A DNA stretch of 63,990 nt, filler included, from Diploschistes diacapsis (taxonomy: Eukaryota), in NCBI GenBank assembly GCA_023645945.1. It is 4 parts of 4 records of this genome, joined end to end, with 100 filler letters (N's around TTAATTAATTAA, not from the genome) between each part and the next. Parts side by side here need not be neighbours in the genome. Positions count along the whole stretch, not along the records: positions 49,235 to 63,990 come from JALAIB010000586.1; 3 more parts are not named here. One strand, given 5' to 3'. Below are positions 49,135 to 63,480 of this stretch, piece after piece. The notes beneath the pieces were generated by a model that worked only from the letters and a program-made list of their open reading frames with translations, was not told where the DNA came from and made no database searches. Made by a program: the position numbers and the translations under genes. Positions within the stretch are counted from its first letter, which is position 1. The number at the start of each line of letters is the position of its first letter.

Positions 49135-49234
49135 NNNNNNNNNNNNNNNNNNNNNNNNNNNNNNNNNNNNNNNNNNNNTTAATTAATTAANNNNNNNNNN
49201 NNNNNNNNNNNNNNNNNNNNNNNNNNNNNNNNNN
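49135..49234. other. Artificial contig linker N44-TTAATTAATTAA-N44
   Basis: Same 100-bp structure as the other linkers. Confidence 0.98.
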
Positions 49235-49445
49235 GGAGATGGGAGGAGGAGTGGGAGGAGGGAGTAGGAGTTGAGGCGTGGAAATGTAAGCATCTTTTTT
49301 GGCGGGTGAAGGGGAATGTGCCGAGTCCAGAGCTGGATTTGGATAAGAAGTGTCCGAAGGATGGGGATGGGGAAAGACGGTTTGTTGATCTTCTTCTTTC
49401 AGCTACTTTTCTTCGCTTTTACTCTGGCTAACCCACGTCAGGCCC

Positions 49446-50474
49446 ATGGCTCAGTATCTCCACATGTACAACCCAGAAGGCGGCTCCCCCTCCAAAAAGT
49501 ACAAGCCCATTCTTCGCTCCTCCTACACGTCAATCGGTGTTCCGTATATCGAAATTCAATTCTCCGACCGCGCCATTCCCGTGGCTCAAGCAAGCCTAGG
49601 CGCCAACTCCAGCCTCACTCAGCACAAGAACGGGGCCACCCTCAAGCTCGAGACTAAAGACGAAGCCGCCTTCGCCGACCTCTACAACTATCTCACCAAA
49701 GGCCGCTATGTTCCGTCAAGGGACGTAGGTAATACGAACCTGCTGACGAGGCCGCCGGTGGTCGAAGTCCTACCGAGTGGTCTACCAGTACTGGTGGACC
49801 CAGGAGACATGATCATCCAGGCCATCATTCCTTCGAACGCTACGCCAATACTACAAGACGTCCGAGCCTACAGAGTCGGCACCACGCTCGAGATACCGGA
49901 GTTGCAGCGGCACGCTCTGCAGAGGCTGTGGAACTGGGGCGTGACAGCCGAGAATCCGGTGCATGTGCTTGAGTACCTGTACCACGGCACGCCGCATGTG
50001 AAAGACGGCAAGGGAGATAAGAAAGACGGGAACAAGGAGAGCGAAAAAGAGAAGAAGGGCGGTGGACTGGCGCCGCCGGATGAGCTGCTGAGGAACTGGT
50101 GCCGGGAATGGTTGAAAACGAAAGAGCGACCGCGTGGAGGTCCGAACAATCTCGAGATCGTCAGAGATCCGATGAGGTGGGGAGCGGAGTTCAGGGCGTT
50201 GAGGGAGAGGGGAGGGCTGTTGATCGCAGACGTGGATTCTGCGGAGGCGGAAGCGAGAGCCGAGGAAATGGAAGCTAGTCGGACAGAGATGAGGGAGCCA
50301 GACGATGCTGCAGGGCCTCTTGCTAGAAGCAGAGGGAGAAAGGTGGGAGGAGTGCGTAATATAGGGAGGATTGGATGGGTGCAGGCTGGACAAGAAGAGA
50401 GAGGAGAATGGGAGAGTGGCACGGGAGGATGCGTGAGAAGAGCGACGGACAACTATGTCCGGATGGGCAGGTGA
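49446..50474 (+). CDS. Hypothetical 342-aa protein, possibly a divergent BTB/POZ-like fold
   Basis: Long ATG ORF; EAAFADLYNYLTKGRY and DVRAYRVGTTLEIPELQRHALQRL resemble fungal BTB helices. Confidence 0.6.
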   Translation: MAQYLHMYNPEGGSPSKKYKPILRSSYTSIGVPYIEIQFSDRAIPVAQASLGANSSLTQHKNGATLKLETKDEAAFADLYNYLTKGRYVPSRDVGNTNLLTRPPVVEVLPSGLPVLVDPGDMIIQAIIPSNATPILQDVRAYRVGTTLEIPELQRHALQRLWNWGVTAENPVHVLEYLYHGTPHVKDGKGDKKDGNKESEKEKKGGGLAPPDELLRNWCREWLKTKERPRGGPNNLEIVRDPMRWGAEFRALRERGGLLIADVDSAEAEARAEEMEASRTEMREPDDAAGPLARSRGRKVGGVRNIGRIGWVQAGQEERGEWESGTGGCVRRATDNYVRMGR

Positions 50475-51589
50475 TTATTTCGAGTGTTGTCAGTTAGTGA
50501 TTCGATTTCTATTTACAGCTTGTAATCAGCGCAAGATCATGGGCAGAGACATTGGGCACTGCGGTTACCTCCCTTTGTAGAATCTGATATTCAGGTAGAA
50601 CAATACTGGGAAGCCCTCCAGAATAAGATTTCAAGAGCTTTTGACAACATCTCGGAATTCAGCATTGAGCAGTGTATCTCTGGCTTAGAGGCAAGGTATC
50701 CATATTACTTCAACATACAGGAGATTAAACATCACACGTACTGGACGAGACTGGCATTCTAGACCCAACAGCAATGGAAGCACTCCCCTCTCGGGTTATA
50801 CGAAGAACACCAACAAGCCTTCAAAGTGCTTAGTAGACACGACTGGATCCTCCGACATCATCGATATTGCTCAGATCATTTTCCCTCATTAGGGACACTC
50901 TATGAAGACAATCAGGTGAAGGCCTCCTTTGGATATCATGCCAACCTAAAGTAGGAAAAGAAGCTTACCTATTCTTCCTCCACATATCAATACCCCTTTT
51001 AATAACAGTCAAGCCCATCGTAGCAAGTCTTGTCTTTTTCCTTACTATACAAGAATCGAGATGTTGGAATTTCTGCCACTGATGGACGCGCCCTGATCAG
51101 GACGATTCGCTCTTCTCTGCTCCCTCTAGACTTCCTTTCATTTCTTTCTTTCACGTTCGCTTTACCCAGTCAACACTTTTTGCTTGCTTGTCTATATCGA
51201 GTAAATTCACTTGAGCCAAATGGTCCCCCGTATACCCTTGAAAGATCGTCAATTACTCGCTAGAGGTCCTGTGCGTCACATAATTTTGACCAATGAAATT
51301 AGTTCCCCCAAAAGACGCTCGAGTACGGCATCATACTCTTCTACGCCGACGCCTAGAGCACTTACGGCTAAATGAAGACTGACGGCAACGAGTCTGGCGG
51401 TGGTTATCTCTGCGGCGTGACGAGCGAAAGCTGTTCGAGCGGGACTAGGGGCTAGAGACAAGCCTACACCAAGTATCTTGTGCATTACATCAAGACTACC
51501 AGGCCAGAGACATCAATTTCTCCTATGTCGGCTTCCTTAACGAACCCGAAGTTGGGTAAGTCAAGTAACCCTCCTTTTGGACAAACCTC

Positions 51590-51950
51590 TCAAGATCAAC
51601 ATACTTCGCTTACCCTCCTTGCTCCACCGCAACCTACTCCGCCATGCTCAGCAATGGCACCCAAGCCGCCTCCATCATCCCCATTCGCCACTCCGTCCTT
51701 TTCTTTGCCGGGCTTTCCCACGTCGGGATAACCTGCTGCGACGTCGAGGACTGGATGACCAGAAGACCTTTACCACGCAGCTCCTCGCCGCTGCTCTCGC
51801 GCATTACGTCGCACGCCTACACCTCCAAACCCAACGGGCCCAGCAGCACCTCTTTACGTACCTGGCAGACTGAGTGCGCGGACCTCAACAGCGCGGAGAC
51901 GACGGCGTGGTACGCGAACGGCAGGACGGACGAGGGATCGACGGGGGCAC
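51590..51950 (+). pseudogene. Internal fragment of a glycoside hydrolase family 30 gene
   Basis: TYSAMLSNGTQAA, ITCCDVEDW, ITSHAYTSKP, TWQTECADL and TAWYANG, spread over frames with frameshifts. Confidence 0.6.
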
Positions 51951-53232
51951 GGGGGCGATAATCCATAGTGTCTTATAGTCGTATCGTACAGTAGGCTGAG
52001 CCATATTGTAAGCATAATCACGTCGAGGGGAAACAGTTTCCCAATAATAGTAATGCATACTGCCCTACAGAAGAGGCTGTTGCAAGAGTACCTTTGCTAA
52101 TGAAAATAAGAGAATTTGCATATCACTAATTTGTTACCGAGACGCAGCACTAGTAAAGTAGCAACCAGATAAATCAATTCGTAAATGAAACTGCGCGGCT
52201 TCACCCTGGAGCCGAGGGTCCTCTTCATGGGGGCAATCGGATCGCTGCGCTTGCAAGTACCCGACGAATTGAGCAGCTAGGTTATATATCGAGGCTATAA
52301 CCTATGGTACTAACAAACCCAGCTTAAGTTTGCAAGTAATAGCAATCAAACAGGAAGATAATCATGAAAATAAGCTACAAATATGTTGTAGCAATTGCGA
52401 TCTTGTTTTCTTCTTTTTGTAACTATGCGTTGTTACTCAGGCGTGTTCAAATTCCAAGAACAGCCAGGGGGATGTCAATCACAAAGGAGCCACCACCTTG
52501 TGGAATTCCGCAATCGCAACAGCAAGTGACAACTGACAAACATCCTATCACACGCAACTAGCATTGCCATGAAGACCTACAAACATAGCCGCTAGCAACC
52601 GCGGATATAGCAGTGATTGTAGCAAGCCAGGAGAAAATGTTACATTTTGGCTCCGTGAACATTCCCCGAACTGACACACGATCAACCGTGTCATCGATAG
52701 TCTAACAGCGCACTAGAAAGTCCCAAAAAAAGGGCCATGAAGCAATGCCTATTTATCGTAAGTCATTCAATGTCCGCCTCAAAATATTCGGCTATCACAC
52801 CTCGAGGACAAGGGTTACGTGATCCTCTGCTGTGCATGGGCACTTGGCTGTCCTTGGGAAATAAAACCGTATGAACAAGCGTCAGAGGAGGTGATAGATC
52901 AGAAAAGTTCAAAGAGGCCTTCAAAGAGTTGCTATCGCATCACAGAGTGCCATAGGTCTCGATACATTGCCGCACTGAGAAGCTTACTTATTGTTCCAGT
53001 CATCTTTGGCAAAGAGGCAATTCATTGCCCAGACGTGGCCGGGTGTTACTGCCAGGATTTTGGCTGTGTAGCCTCGGGTGCATTGAAAGAGGATGCTTTG
53101 GGAAGTGGCCCACTCCTCCTTCCAAGGAGTTTCCTGTAGGCTGGCCAAAAATTGGATGGGGTGGGAAAGAAAGAGCATTTCTCCAGAAAATATTGGCCAG
53201 AATGCGCGTGCTACTGCCATGAACAAGATGCT

Positions 53233-53745
53233 TTACCGGATTGTAAGTTCGGGGAATGCTTCGCAAGCACGCTTGGCTATTTTCTGGTCATCTGAAAACG
53301 TCAAGACCATGAGTGCCTCTTTCACAGGGATCCACTGAGACTCAAAATCTTCTCCTTCCTCCTGTGTATCTGCAGTCCAGAGGCCGGAGGAGTCAGCTTG
53401 AGAAGCATACCAAAGGATGATCTTGCGGACACCATGATTCATTCGCTGTTGGACTGCTATAGGCTCCTTATGCAAGTCCATGTTGCCTGAAGTATCCGGC
53501 GCATTGGTAGGTAGCTTGTGCTTGATAAGCTGGCACGGATACCCAGATTCTTCAAACGTTTCACGAGTGGCAGTGATCTCGAGCTCCTCTCCGCGATCTT
53601 TGCGACCTTTTGGAAGGAGATACTCTTTCTTTGCTCGACAGAACAGCAGTAACATCAAGCCTTTCCTAGGGTGAACGCAAACGGTTCCGCTACCAAGTGA
53701 AAAGCCTTCTCCAAGATCTAGGATTTTATGATTGTTATCAGCCAT
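53233..53745 (-). CDS. Nudix hydrolase
   Basis: Nudix box LPKGRKDRGEELEITATRETFEESG; intact 170-aa ORF. Confidence 0.88.
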   Translation of the reverse strand: MADNNHKILDLGEGFSLGSGTVCVHPRKGLMLLLFCRAKKEYLLPKGRKDRGEELEITATRETFEESGYPCQLIKHKLPTNAPDTSGNMDLHKEPIAVQQRMNHGVRKIILWYASQADSSGLWTADTQEEGEDFESQWIPVKEALMVLTFSDDQKIAKRACEAFPELTIR

Positions 53746-54177
53746 TTCAATGAAGTGTAGGATAATCTCCCCGTGATAACGCTTCGTTGCAGGTTGACAG
53801 TAACCTAGTAATCAAGAGCAAAGTTGTAGCAAAGCTTGGGATGCAAAACTGTGATTGGGAAATGGCTCAATATTATTTGTTGCAATTGCGTGTAGAGGTG
53901 CTGCCTTGAGGAGTAAGTGTCTTTGTGCTTCGACGACCTTCTGTAGCGACAAGCTTTCGCCGCCGAACCCTTGCTTATGTCATGCAGTTCGAAGGAAGTG
54001 ACATCTTGGAATTACTACAGAGCTCAAAACTCCAGACAACAACCATAATCCTTCGAACATTCAGTCTGCCCTATTCAACACTCACAACCTGTTGTTCTTC
54101 GATTTCTTGAGCCTATCTGGGCTCCCACAATCTTCGTTTTCTTGTTTACACCAGACAAGAACACAAGCCTGCTATAA

Positions 54178-56766
<2,589 letters not shown>

Positions 56767-57975
56767 GGCACTGGTAGGCCAACGTCTAACGGATAGTAAT
56801 GGTACGTTGTGATGTCGAAGAAGAACAGGGGAGATTCGATTTACTCTCCGCATACATACATTGATGTGTGCAGCAATGTGGCCCCCATGCACTAGAGCAT
56901 GGCCAGCTGGCGGAGTCTGAGGGCAAATCTTGCGCGTGCTTCAAGTTGCATTACTAGTAGAAAATAGATCAATTCAACCTGTACTATGAAAGCTGTCTGC
57001 GGCTCTGCTTCGGTCTGAGGCTTCGATCGCGCTTGTGTTCTTCATGATTTCTGGGGGTCTTCCTACTACCACCTGTTTCTTTCACTCCTCTAGGACAACT
57101 GACTATGTCCTACCCACGGCAGGAAGCCTTGTCTCGGTTCTTGTCCGCAAATGTACGGCCTGCTTTGCCCTTATCAATGTCTGCACGCAGTCTTCCTTGC
57201 TGTCTCCAGGATGACCTAGGTAGTATCGCCATGCTGCAAGTAGATGGAGCTTTGTTGGAGATGGATGCATCATATCTCAGAGATCTGGGCGGGGGCAGTG
57301 GGAAGTGGGAAGATCGTCCGGGGATATCTTGAGCACGTGATTGGTGATGTTTCTCGATTCTCGGCGTCATGATCCCACGATCCTTCCTCACGCCTGACGG
57401 GCGCACACGATCACCACCTGTACCTAAGTCCGCTCAAATCCCAATCATTCCTTGACCATTTCCTTACAGATAAGCAATTTCCGATGCAGACATGGCTGTA
57501 TTTGAAGTTACATGGTCAACACTGCCAGTGATGCAGGGCAGCAACTGTGTAGATAATACCCGTTTCCTCGCCTTATCAGGAACGCTACACCATTGTTTTT
57601 CTTTTTCTGCTCCTAATCCGCCCATTTATTTCTTGCTGTTGTTCTTATGACCCTGTGCGAGCCCTTTTCTGTTTTCTTTGTCTTTTCCCCAATGTCGAAT
57701 GAATTCCCTTAACGTGAGCTGTTAAGCGTTATATTATCAGGTCTAATCAGTATTCGGGAACCACGGAGCCAACTGTCATCCTCGATAGGCAGCGGCTCAC
57801 CAGGGCTTATTCATCCTTCAGCTTGAGTCACAAGAGCACACGACGACTATCGTGACACTAATCAGTTGATACGCTCTCGATTTCTTATATATCCCTAGAG
57901 ACTGTCCAGTCTCGAGGCTTGGTACGGCTATGGTATATGTAACTTGAGGACCCGATCCGCATTTACATCGCTGAT

Positions 57976-59313
57976 ATGATGCTGCTATGGCGATGGTTGA
58001 ACGGGACGATATCGCTGCCGGAGCATTGTGAACCTCAAAATAGACTGCTGTCGAACCTCTCCTCGTCTTTCGATACCTGCATTCCCACCAGTCTTGCCTT
58101 GCTTTCCACGATATTAGGCAGCTGCAGCATATGTGCTTGGCTATTTGCACAGCTTCCGCAAATATATAAGAACTGGAAACTGAAGTCGACAGCCGGGTTG
58201 TCCATCTATTTTCTAGTGGAGTGGTGCTTGGGAGATACGGCGAATCTCATTGGTGCCATATTAACGAAGCAGGCGACATGGCAGGTTATGGTAGCAGCAT
58301 ACTACACCTTTGTGGACTGCATCCTTGTTTCGCAGTTTATCTACTTTACCTATTTCTTGAAAAAGGAAGATCGATGGATGGCAGCGGTTGCCGATGATGT
58401 GGGCAATCAGGGACCTGGAGCACGGGGTGACGGTCCGCTCCAAGCTTTAAACCCTAAACCATCCCGGGCAGTGAACATAAGTCGCGATCCCATCTTCGAT
58501 ACCTTCCGCTTTCCCACCGGTTCCCCATCGCCTAGGGAAAAGAGCCTCCTCTCAACTTCCCGTCCTCTGGTCAACAGCGCCTCGTCCGGTCCAACAGCCT
58601 CTCCCAAAACAGTTATCTTGGTCTGCACTCTCCTTGCCGTCCTAGCCCATGCCTCGCCTCTGCCCTCCGCTGAAGCTCCCTCCGACCACTTACCTCCACC
58701 GGCAAGCTCAACCTCTGAAACAGCAGGCCAAATAATCTCCTGGTTCAGTACTTTTCTGTACCTCGGCTCGCGCCTGCCTCAGCTCATCAAGAACCATCGC
58801 CGCAAATCTACCTCTGGTCTCTCTGCGTCATTGTTCATAGCCGCCTTCTTTGGCAACCTCTTCTACTCTTCTTCTCTTCTTTCGAACCCTCTGGCCTGGG
58901 GCTCCTACGGACCTCACGGTCTCTATGGCTGGGCACCACCGGAAGGTTCAGATCGAAGTAAGTGGGTAGCGCTAGCAACGCCTTTCTTCCTAGGAGCAGC
59001 CGGGGTTTTGGCACTAGATGCAGCCGTGGGGATGCAATTTTTGATGTATGGCGAAGGCTCCGAGGAGCAGGCGAGGAAAAAGTTGGTGGAGTACAGAGAC
59101 GATACGGGAGCGAGGCATTGGCGGAAGGTCAGCGGATGGATGAGAGGATGGGTGCCTAGCCCAAGGTTAAGACCCGTTAGGACCGACAGCGTTACGAGCT
59201 TTGGTGGGCTCGGGGATGCAGTGGTAAATGATCAGAGGCCGTTGCTTGACAGGGACGATGAGGAAGATAGTCTAGCCGGAAGGAACTATGGGAGCGGCGG
59301 AAGAGCACGCTAA
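57976..59313 (+). CDS. PQ-loop vacuolar cationic amino acid transporter (Ypq-like)
   Basis: Two PQ motifs, WLFAQLPQIYKN...STAGLS and YLGSRLPQLIKN...STSGLS; multiple TM segments; ...PLL dileucine-like signal in the tail. Confidence 0.9.
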   Translation: MMLLWRWLNGTISLPEHCEPQNRLLSNLSSSFDTCIPTSLALLSTILGSCSICAWLFAQLPQIYKNWKLKSTAGLSIYFLVEWCLGDTANLIGAILTKQATWQVMVAAYYTFVDCILVSQFIYFTYFLKKEDRWMAAVADDVGNQGPGARGDGPLQALNPKPSRAVNISRDPIFDTFRFPTGSPSPREKSLLSTSRPLVNSASSGPTASPKTVILVCTLLAVLAHASPLPSAEAPSDHLPPPASSTSETAGQIISWFSTFLYLGSRLPQLIKNHRRKSTSGLSASLFIAAFFGNLFYSSSLLSNPLAWGSYGPHGLYGWAPPEGSDRSKWVALATPFFLGAAGVLALDAAVGMQFLMYGEGSEEQARKKLVEYRDDTGARHWRKVSGWMRGWVPSPRLRPVRTDSVTSFGGLGDAVVNDQRPLLDRDDEEDSLAGRNYGSGGRAR

Positions 59314-59461
59314 GTTCCTAATTTCGTGGGAGTCATTGAGCTCTCTGGCCGTATGTGCCAGTATAGAAACAGCTGGGCAATGCCCTAATGATCCGAAGCG
59401 AGGAACGCAACTATAGATGTGCGAAGACAAGGGACGTTGTATCTCAACTAACACCCTCCGA

Positions 59462-60950
59462 TCAAAATTTCAAAAATTTCACCTCTTTCGTACTCATACC
59501 TGGGCCTCCAGGCTCTGTCAGCTTCTGATCCCCAGCCTCGCTGTTGACTTGGAAACCGCTCGCCCCATCACTCCCGATGCCGAGTCCTCGGATCTGAACC
59601 TCGATATCCGCCTCCGATGAGATCTCAACGACGGCAAGATTGACATACCCCTCATGAACCACCGCGCTCACATCCAACCATAGCACGCCCTTCCCTCCTT
59701 GTCCGTGCAAGTTCTCCAGCCACCCTAATTCCCTCTGCCACCCGTCTCGCCATTCCTCGCTCCTCTCTCAGGAACCGACCAGACTCCACATTCTAGGTGC
59801 AGACGCAACTGCCTCCCCCGCATGTAATTACTGAAAAGCCTCAGAGGCCACCATGTCGTCTGCTTGCTGATGCACTCTTTCGTCGTCATCAGCGGTGACA
59901 CGACGTTCACGCTCTGCGCGATGTTGCACATACCCAACTTATCAGCTTACCGCACGAACCCGTTCAACCACACGCCCAGCGCCAATGCCTCGCTGAGGGA
60001 GTAGTTCCCTCTGAGCCATTCTCGCCTGGGGCGCGCCGAGGTGACCACACGTTCCACTCCTCGAAGCAAATCTTCGGTGGCGCCCACCGCGGGGCCTACG
60101 GTGCCGGCGAGGCGGTGAGTAATGAGCGCCAGGTCGATCAGCGAGCTGGCGATCTTGATGCTCTCTTCGCTGCGAGGGGCGCGATGACGTTAAGCAGGTG
60201 CTGCGCCGCGGCAGTATAGATGTGGATGCTGTGCATGTCTATATGCGGAAGCGCCGCCTGCAAGGCCGTGTGGTCCCACGGCGCATGCCCCGTCTCGCCG
60301 TACAGCACGAAGCTCGATGTTCGGATCCAGCAGCTTCAGCGCCTTAGCCCACTGCCGCGCTTTCTCCGCGTACGTGTCCGCCTTGTCCTACAGCACCTGC
60401 CACGGCCCCCACACCTTGCTACCCAGCGCCTAGTACTTGATGTTGTACGGCTCCGTGCAGCCATTCGTGCGGCGCAGGTTCGCGAAACACGTGTCCCGCG
60501 TGCTGTTGCAACACTCGACCCAATTCAGCGCCTCGTCGAGCGTGCCAGTGCCAAAGTTGAGGCAAAGGCAGGGCGCCGTGTAGGCGTGCTCGCACCAGCG
60601 CAGAAACTCGTCTGTCCCAAACTGGTTCGTTTCGATCCCCTGCCAGGCGAGCCCGGATCTCGACTTGCGCTTCTCGCGCGGGCCGATCGCATCTTCCCAG
60701 TGGTATGGGGCGCAGAAGTTGCCGCCTGGGTAGCGGATCACGGGGACCTTGAGGACCTTGAGGGCGTCAATGACATCCTTGCGGAAGCCGTTGGAGTCGG
60801 AGAGAGCGTTGCCGGGGTCGGAGATGCCGCCGTAGATGCAGCGGCCGATGTGTCTGTGCGAGTTTTAGTTGAATGCGAGCATAGCGGCGCTGGGAGGCCT
60901 CCGGGCTCGCTCGCAGAATCCGCCGTAGATGTGTGTCAATGGATATAGTG
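59462..60950 (-). pseudogene. GH51 alpha-L-arabinofuranosidase pseudogene
   Basis: HIGRCIYGG, GFRKDV, IRYPGGNF, YHWEDAIGP, ETNQFGTDEF, NFGTGTLDEA; KY*ALGSKVWGPWQ shows W replaced by a stop and loss of the catalytic NE; frameshifts downstream; C-terminal WLDVSA. Confidence 0.9.
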
Positions 60951-61849
60951 GCTGCGGAGTTGGACTCCGTGCAAAGGTCGTTATTTTGTAACTTGATATA
61001 ACTTCGCATCGGAGGAGCGGTGGGAGTGGGCAGGGTAGGCAGAAGTTTCTTCTTCGATCACTCGAACAACAGCAACGACAACGACAAGCTTATGCAGACG
61101 AGATTACTTTAACGGTCCGGCACGCAGCCAGCGACAGCGACAACGATAGAAGGAACTTCTCCTACCTGTATAGATACCTACACTATCTACAGTGAATCTT
61201 CCACTGATCTCGCACGTGATGGAGTTCAACGTCTCCCACCGAGTTGTATTTACAATATATGCATGCGTACCTAGTTCGAGATGCGCAACCTACACAAGGT
61301 TAGAGAATCTGCAGGTGACCCGTCAGGCCCAGTTTACCGCAAACGACTACTACCAGCGATGAACATCCTTTTCGCTTGTGTCGTGTTTCTGGAAAGCCGA
61401 CGGTCGTTGATGCCACCCAGTCTGGCCGGCAATTTCTCCACATTTTGCCTTCTAATAAAGAGGCATCCGCTTGCCTGGCAGCAGGGCTCACTCCGCAGCC
61501 GATTAAAGGCTGGGGGAGCAGAGAAGCATCCAAATCCTAGTCGGCCATGTGCCGGATCCACCCTGTAAATGGAAGATGGGGTAGCTATGGGCTTGTGGCG
61601 AGGATGAGCTCTGGCAATAAATAGCATGGGTCGCTCAGGCAAACTTCGACTTTGAGCGAGCTTGTTCTGAATAGGATTTGCCTGTAATGCGAGAGGATCT
61701 AACGATCCAAAGCCGTGGAAGCAAGACTCCTGATTCGCAGTCTTAAAGGCATTCACGATTGCGCTGCCTCCAAAGCTGTACCAATTCCTCATTCGCGTTT
61801 TTGCCTCGCTGGGTTTATGGTTCTAGGGCTACGATTTGGTAAGGAAAGC

Positions 61850-63480
61850 CATGTTCGCGTTTAGAGCTTTGAATAATCTAACAAGGATTATTCAGGGTGC
61901 CATTGCCGGAGCTACTCGAGCGGCAACTGTATCGATACCATCCAAAATCCCTCTGGAAACCATACAGGCTTAATCGTGTCTCTATTCACCGTCGGCGCCT
62001 TCTTAGGTAGCTATTTGGCTGGTCCCGTCGGCGACAGGATCGGACGACGACTGAACATATGTGGAACGGTCATCTTCTGTGGATGGAGCTCTTCAAACCG
62101 GTGCCTCCAGCATCAGCTATCTAAGGGGAGGTTGATTTTTGGCTGGAACTGGGTAGGTGGCATCTCGAAGCTCTTCAAACACTCTGACGCTGAGACTGAT
62201 CACAGTTGGGACTTTGGTCATGACTCTTCCACTTTACCAGGCAGAGCTGGCACACCCTAGTATTCAAGGAACTGAGGAATTCATACTTGGCGTTGGCGCT
62301 CTCATTGCGGGCTGGATATCGTACGGTACCTTCGTAGGACTTCCAAACTCCAATTCCGGCCAATGCGGATTGCATTGGGCCTGCAAATCACACTAGCCGT
62401 GCTCCTTGGGACACTGGTTCTATTCTTCCCTGAATCTCCTTGCTGGCTCATTGGTCACGGTAGAAATGAGCGCGGCCTCCAGGTCCTTGCTCTGCTCCAC
62501 GGTCGCGGCAACGAAAACGATCCGTGGGTTATTGCAGAGTACGAGCAGATTCGCGAGCAGTTGCTTTCGAGCACGAACACGAGGCAAAGTCCTACACAGA
62601 GCTGTTCACCAACAGGTCCAATTTCAGAAGACTCGCCATCGCCATGGCGCTGTAAGCCTCCAACCAGATGACTGGTGTCTCGGCCACCCAATACTATCCA
62701 GTTGCGATCTGCGGCCAAATGGGCATCAGCGGCTCTCGTTAAAGTACCTATGCCATCAACAATATCATTGCTCTTTTGGGCGAAGGCCCTTGCATAGCCC
62801 TGTCAATAAGCTTGGACGACGCTGACCTCTAATTTTCGGCAACTTGGCCAGCTATCTTACTTTTATCTTCGCTTGCATCCAAACTGCTCTGTTCCCTGCG
62901 AACACAACCAGTACGGGTGCTCATTGGGGGATTCATCATCATGCCCTGCCTGTTCTTTTCAGCTTTTCCGCAACATACGGTCCGCTATGTAAGTCGCTCG
63001 ATCACCGTGCAGAGGTTAACGCACTAACTCTGCCAGCATGGCCCTCCGAGCCGAAATACTCGACATCCACACCCGCGCAAAAGGCGTGTCCATGGCCACA
63101 ATGATCAGCTTCGCATTCAAGTAAGCCCCCTTTCCCCCACCATTAAGTCCTCCTGAACCGGCAACCATTGACTCGACCCGAAACCGCCAGCACCATGATC
63201 GGCCAAGTGACCAGCATAGCCATCACGAACATCGGCTACAGGTTCCACTTCGTCTTCGTCGTCTGCAACTCCGCAAACGCCCTCTTCTTTCTGGGCCTTC
63301 TTGCCGGAGACACGCAAGATCCCGTTCGAGGAAATGTACGCGCTGTTGACGAACGCGCCGCTCTTCATGCCGGGCAGGAACAGGAGCGATCACGGCGCGG
63401 CGAGCATTGCGGGCGAGAAGGGGATTGCGGTTCGTCATACGGGAGATATTACGACGGGAGTCAGAAGGCGCTGGGCTAAA
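61850..63480 (+). pseudogene. MFS sugar porter pseudogene, divergent from the GH51 pseudogene
   Basis: GDRIGRR, PLYQAELAHP, FPESP, QMTGVS, KLGRR, PET motifs spread over several frames with stops. Confidence 0.88.

Noticed and set aside
52364..53338. Cluster of short ORFs downstream of the Nudix gene
   Set aside because: No recognisable domain; overlapping frames on both strands
60220..60948. 242-aa plus-strand ORF
   Set aside because: Antisense to the GH51 pseudogene, whose motifs are clearly on the minus strand
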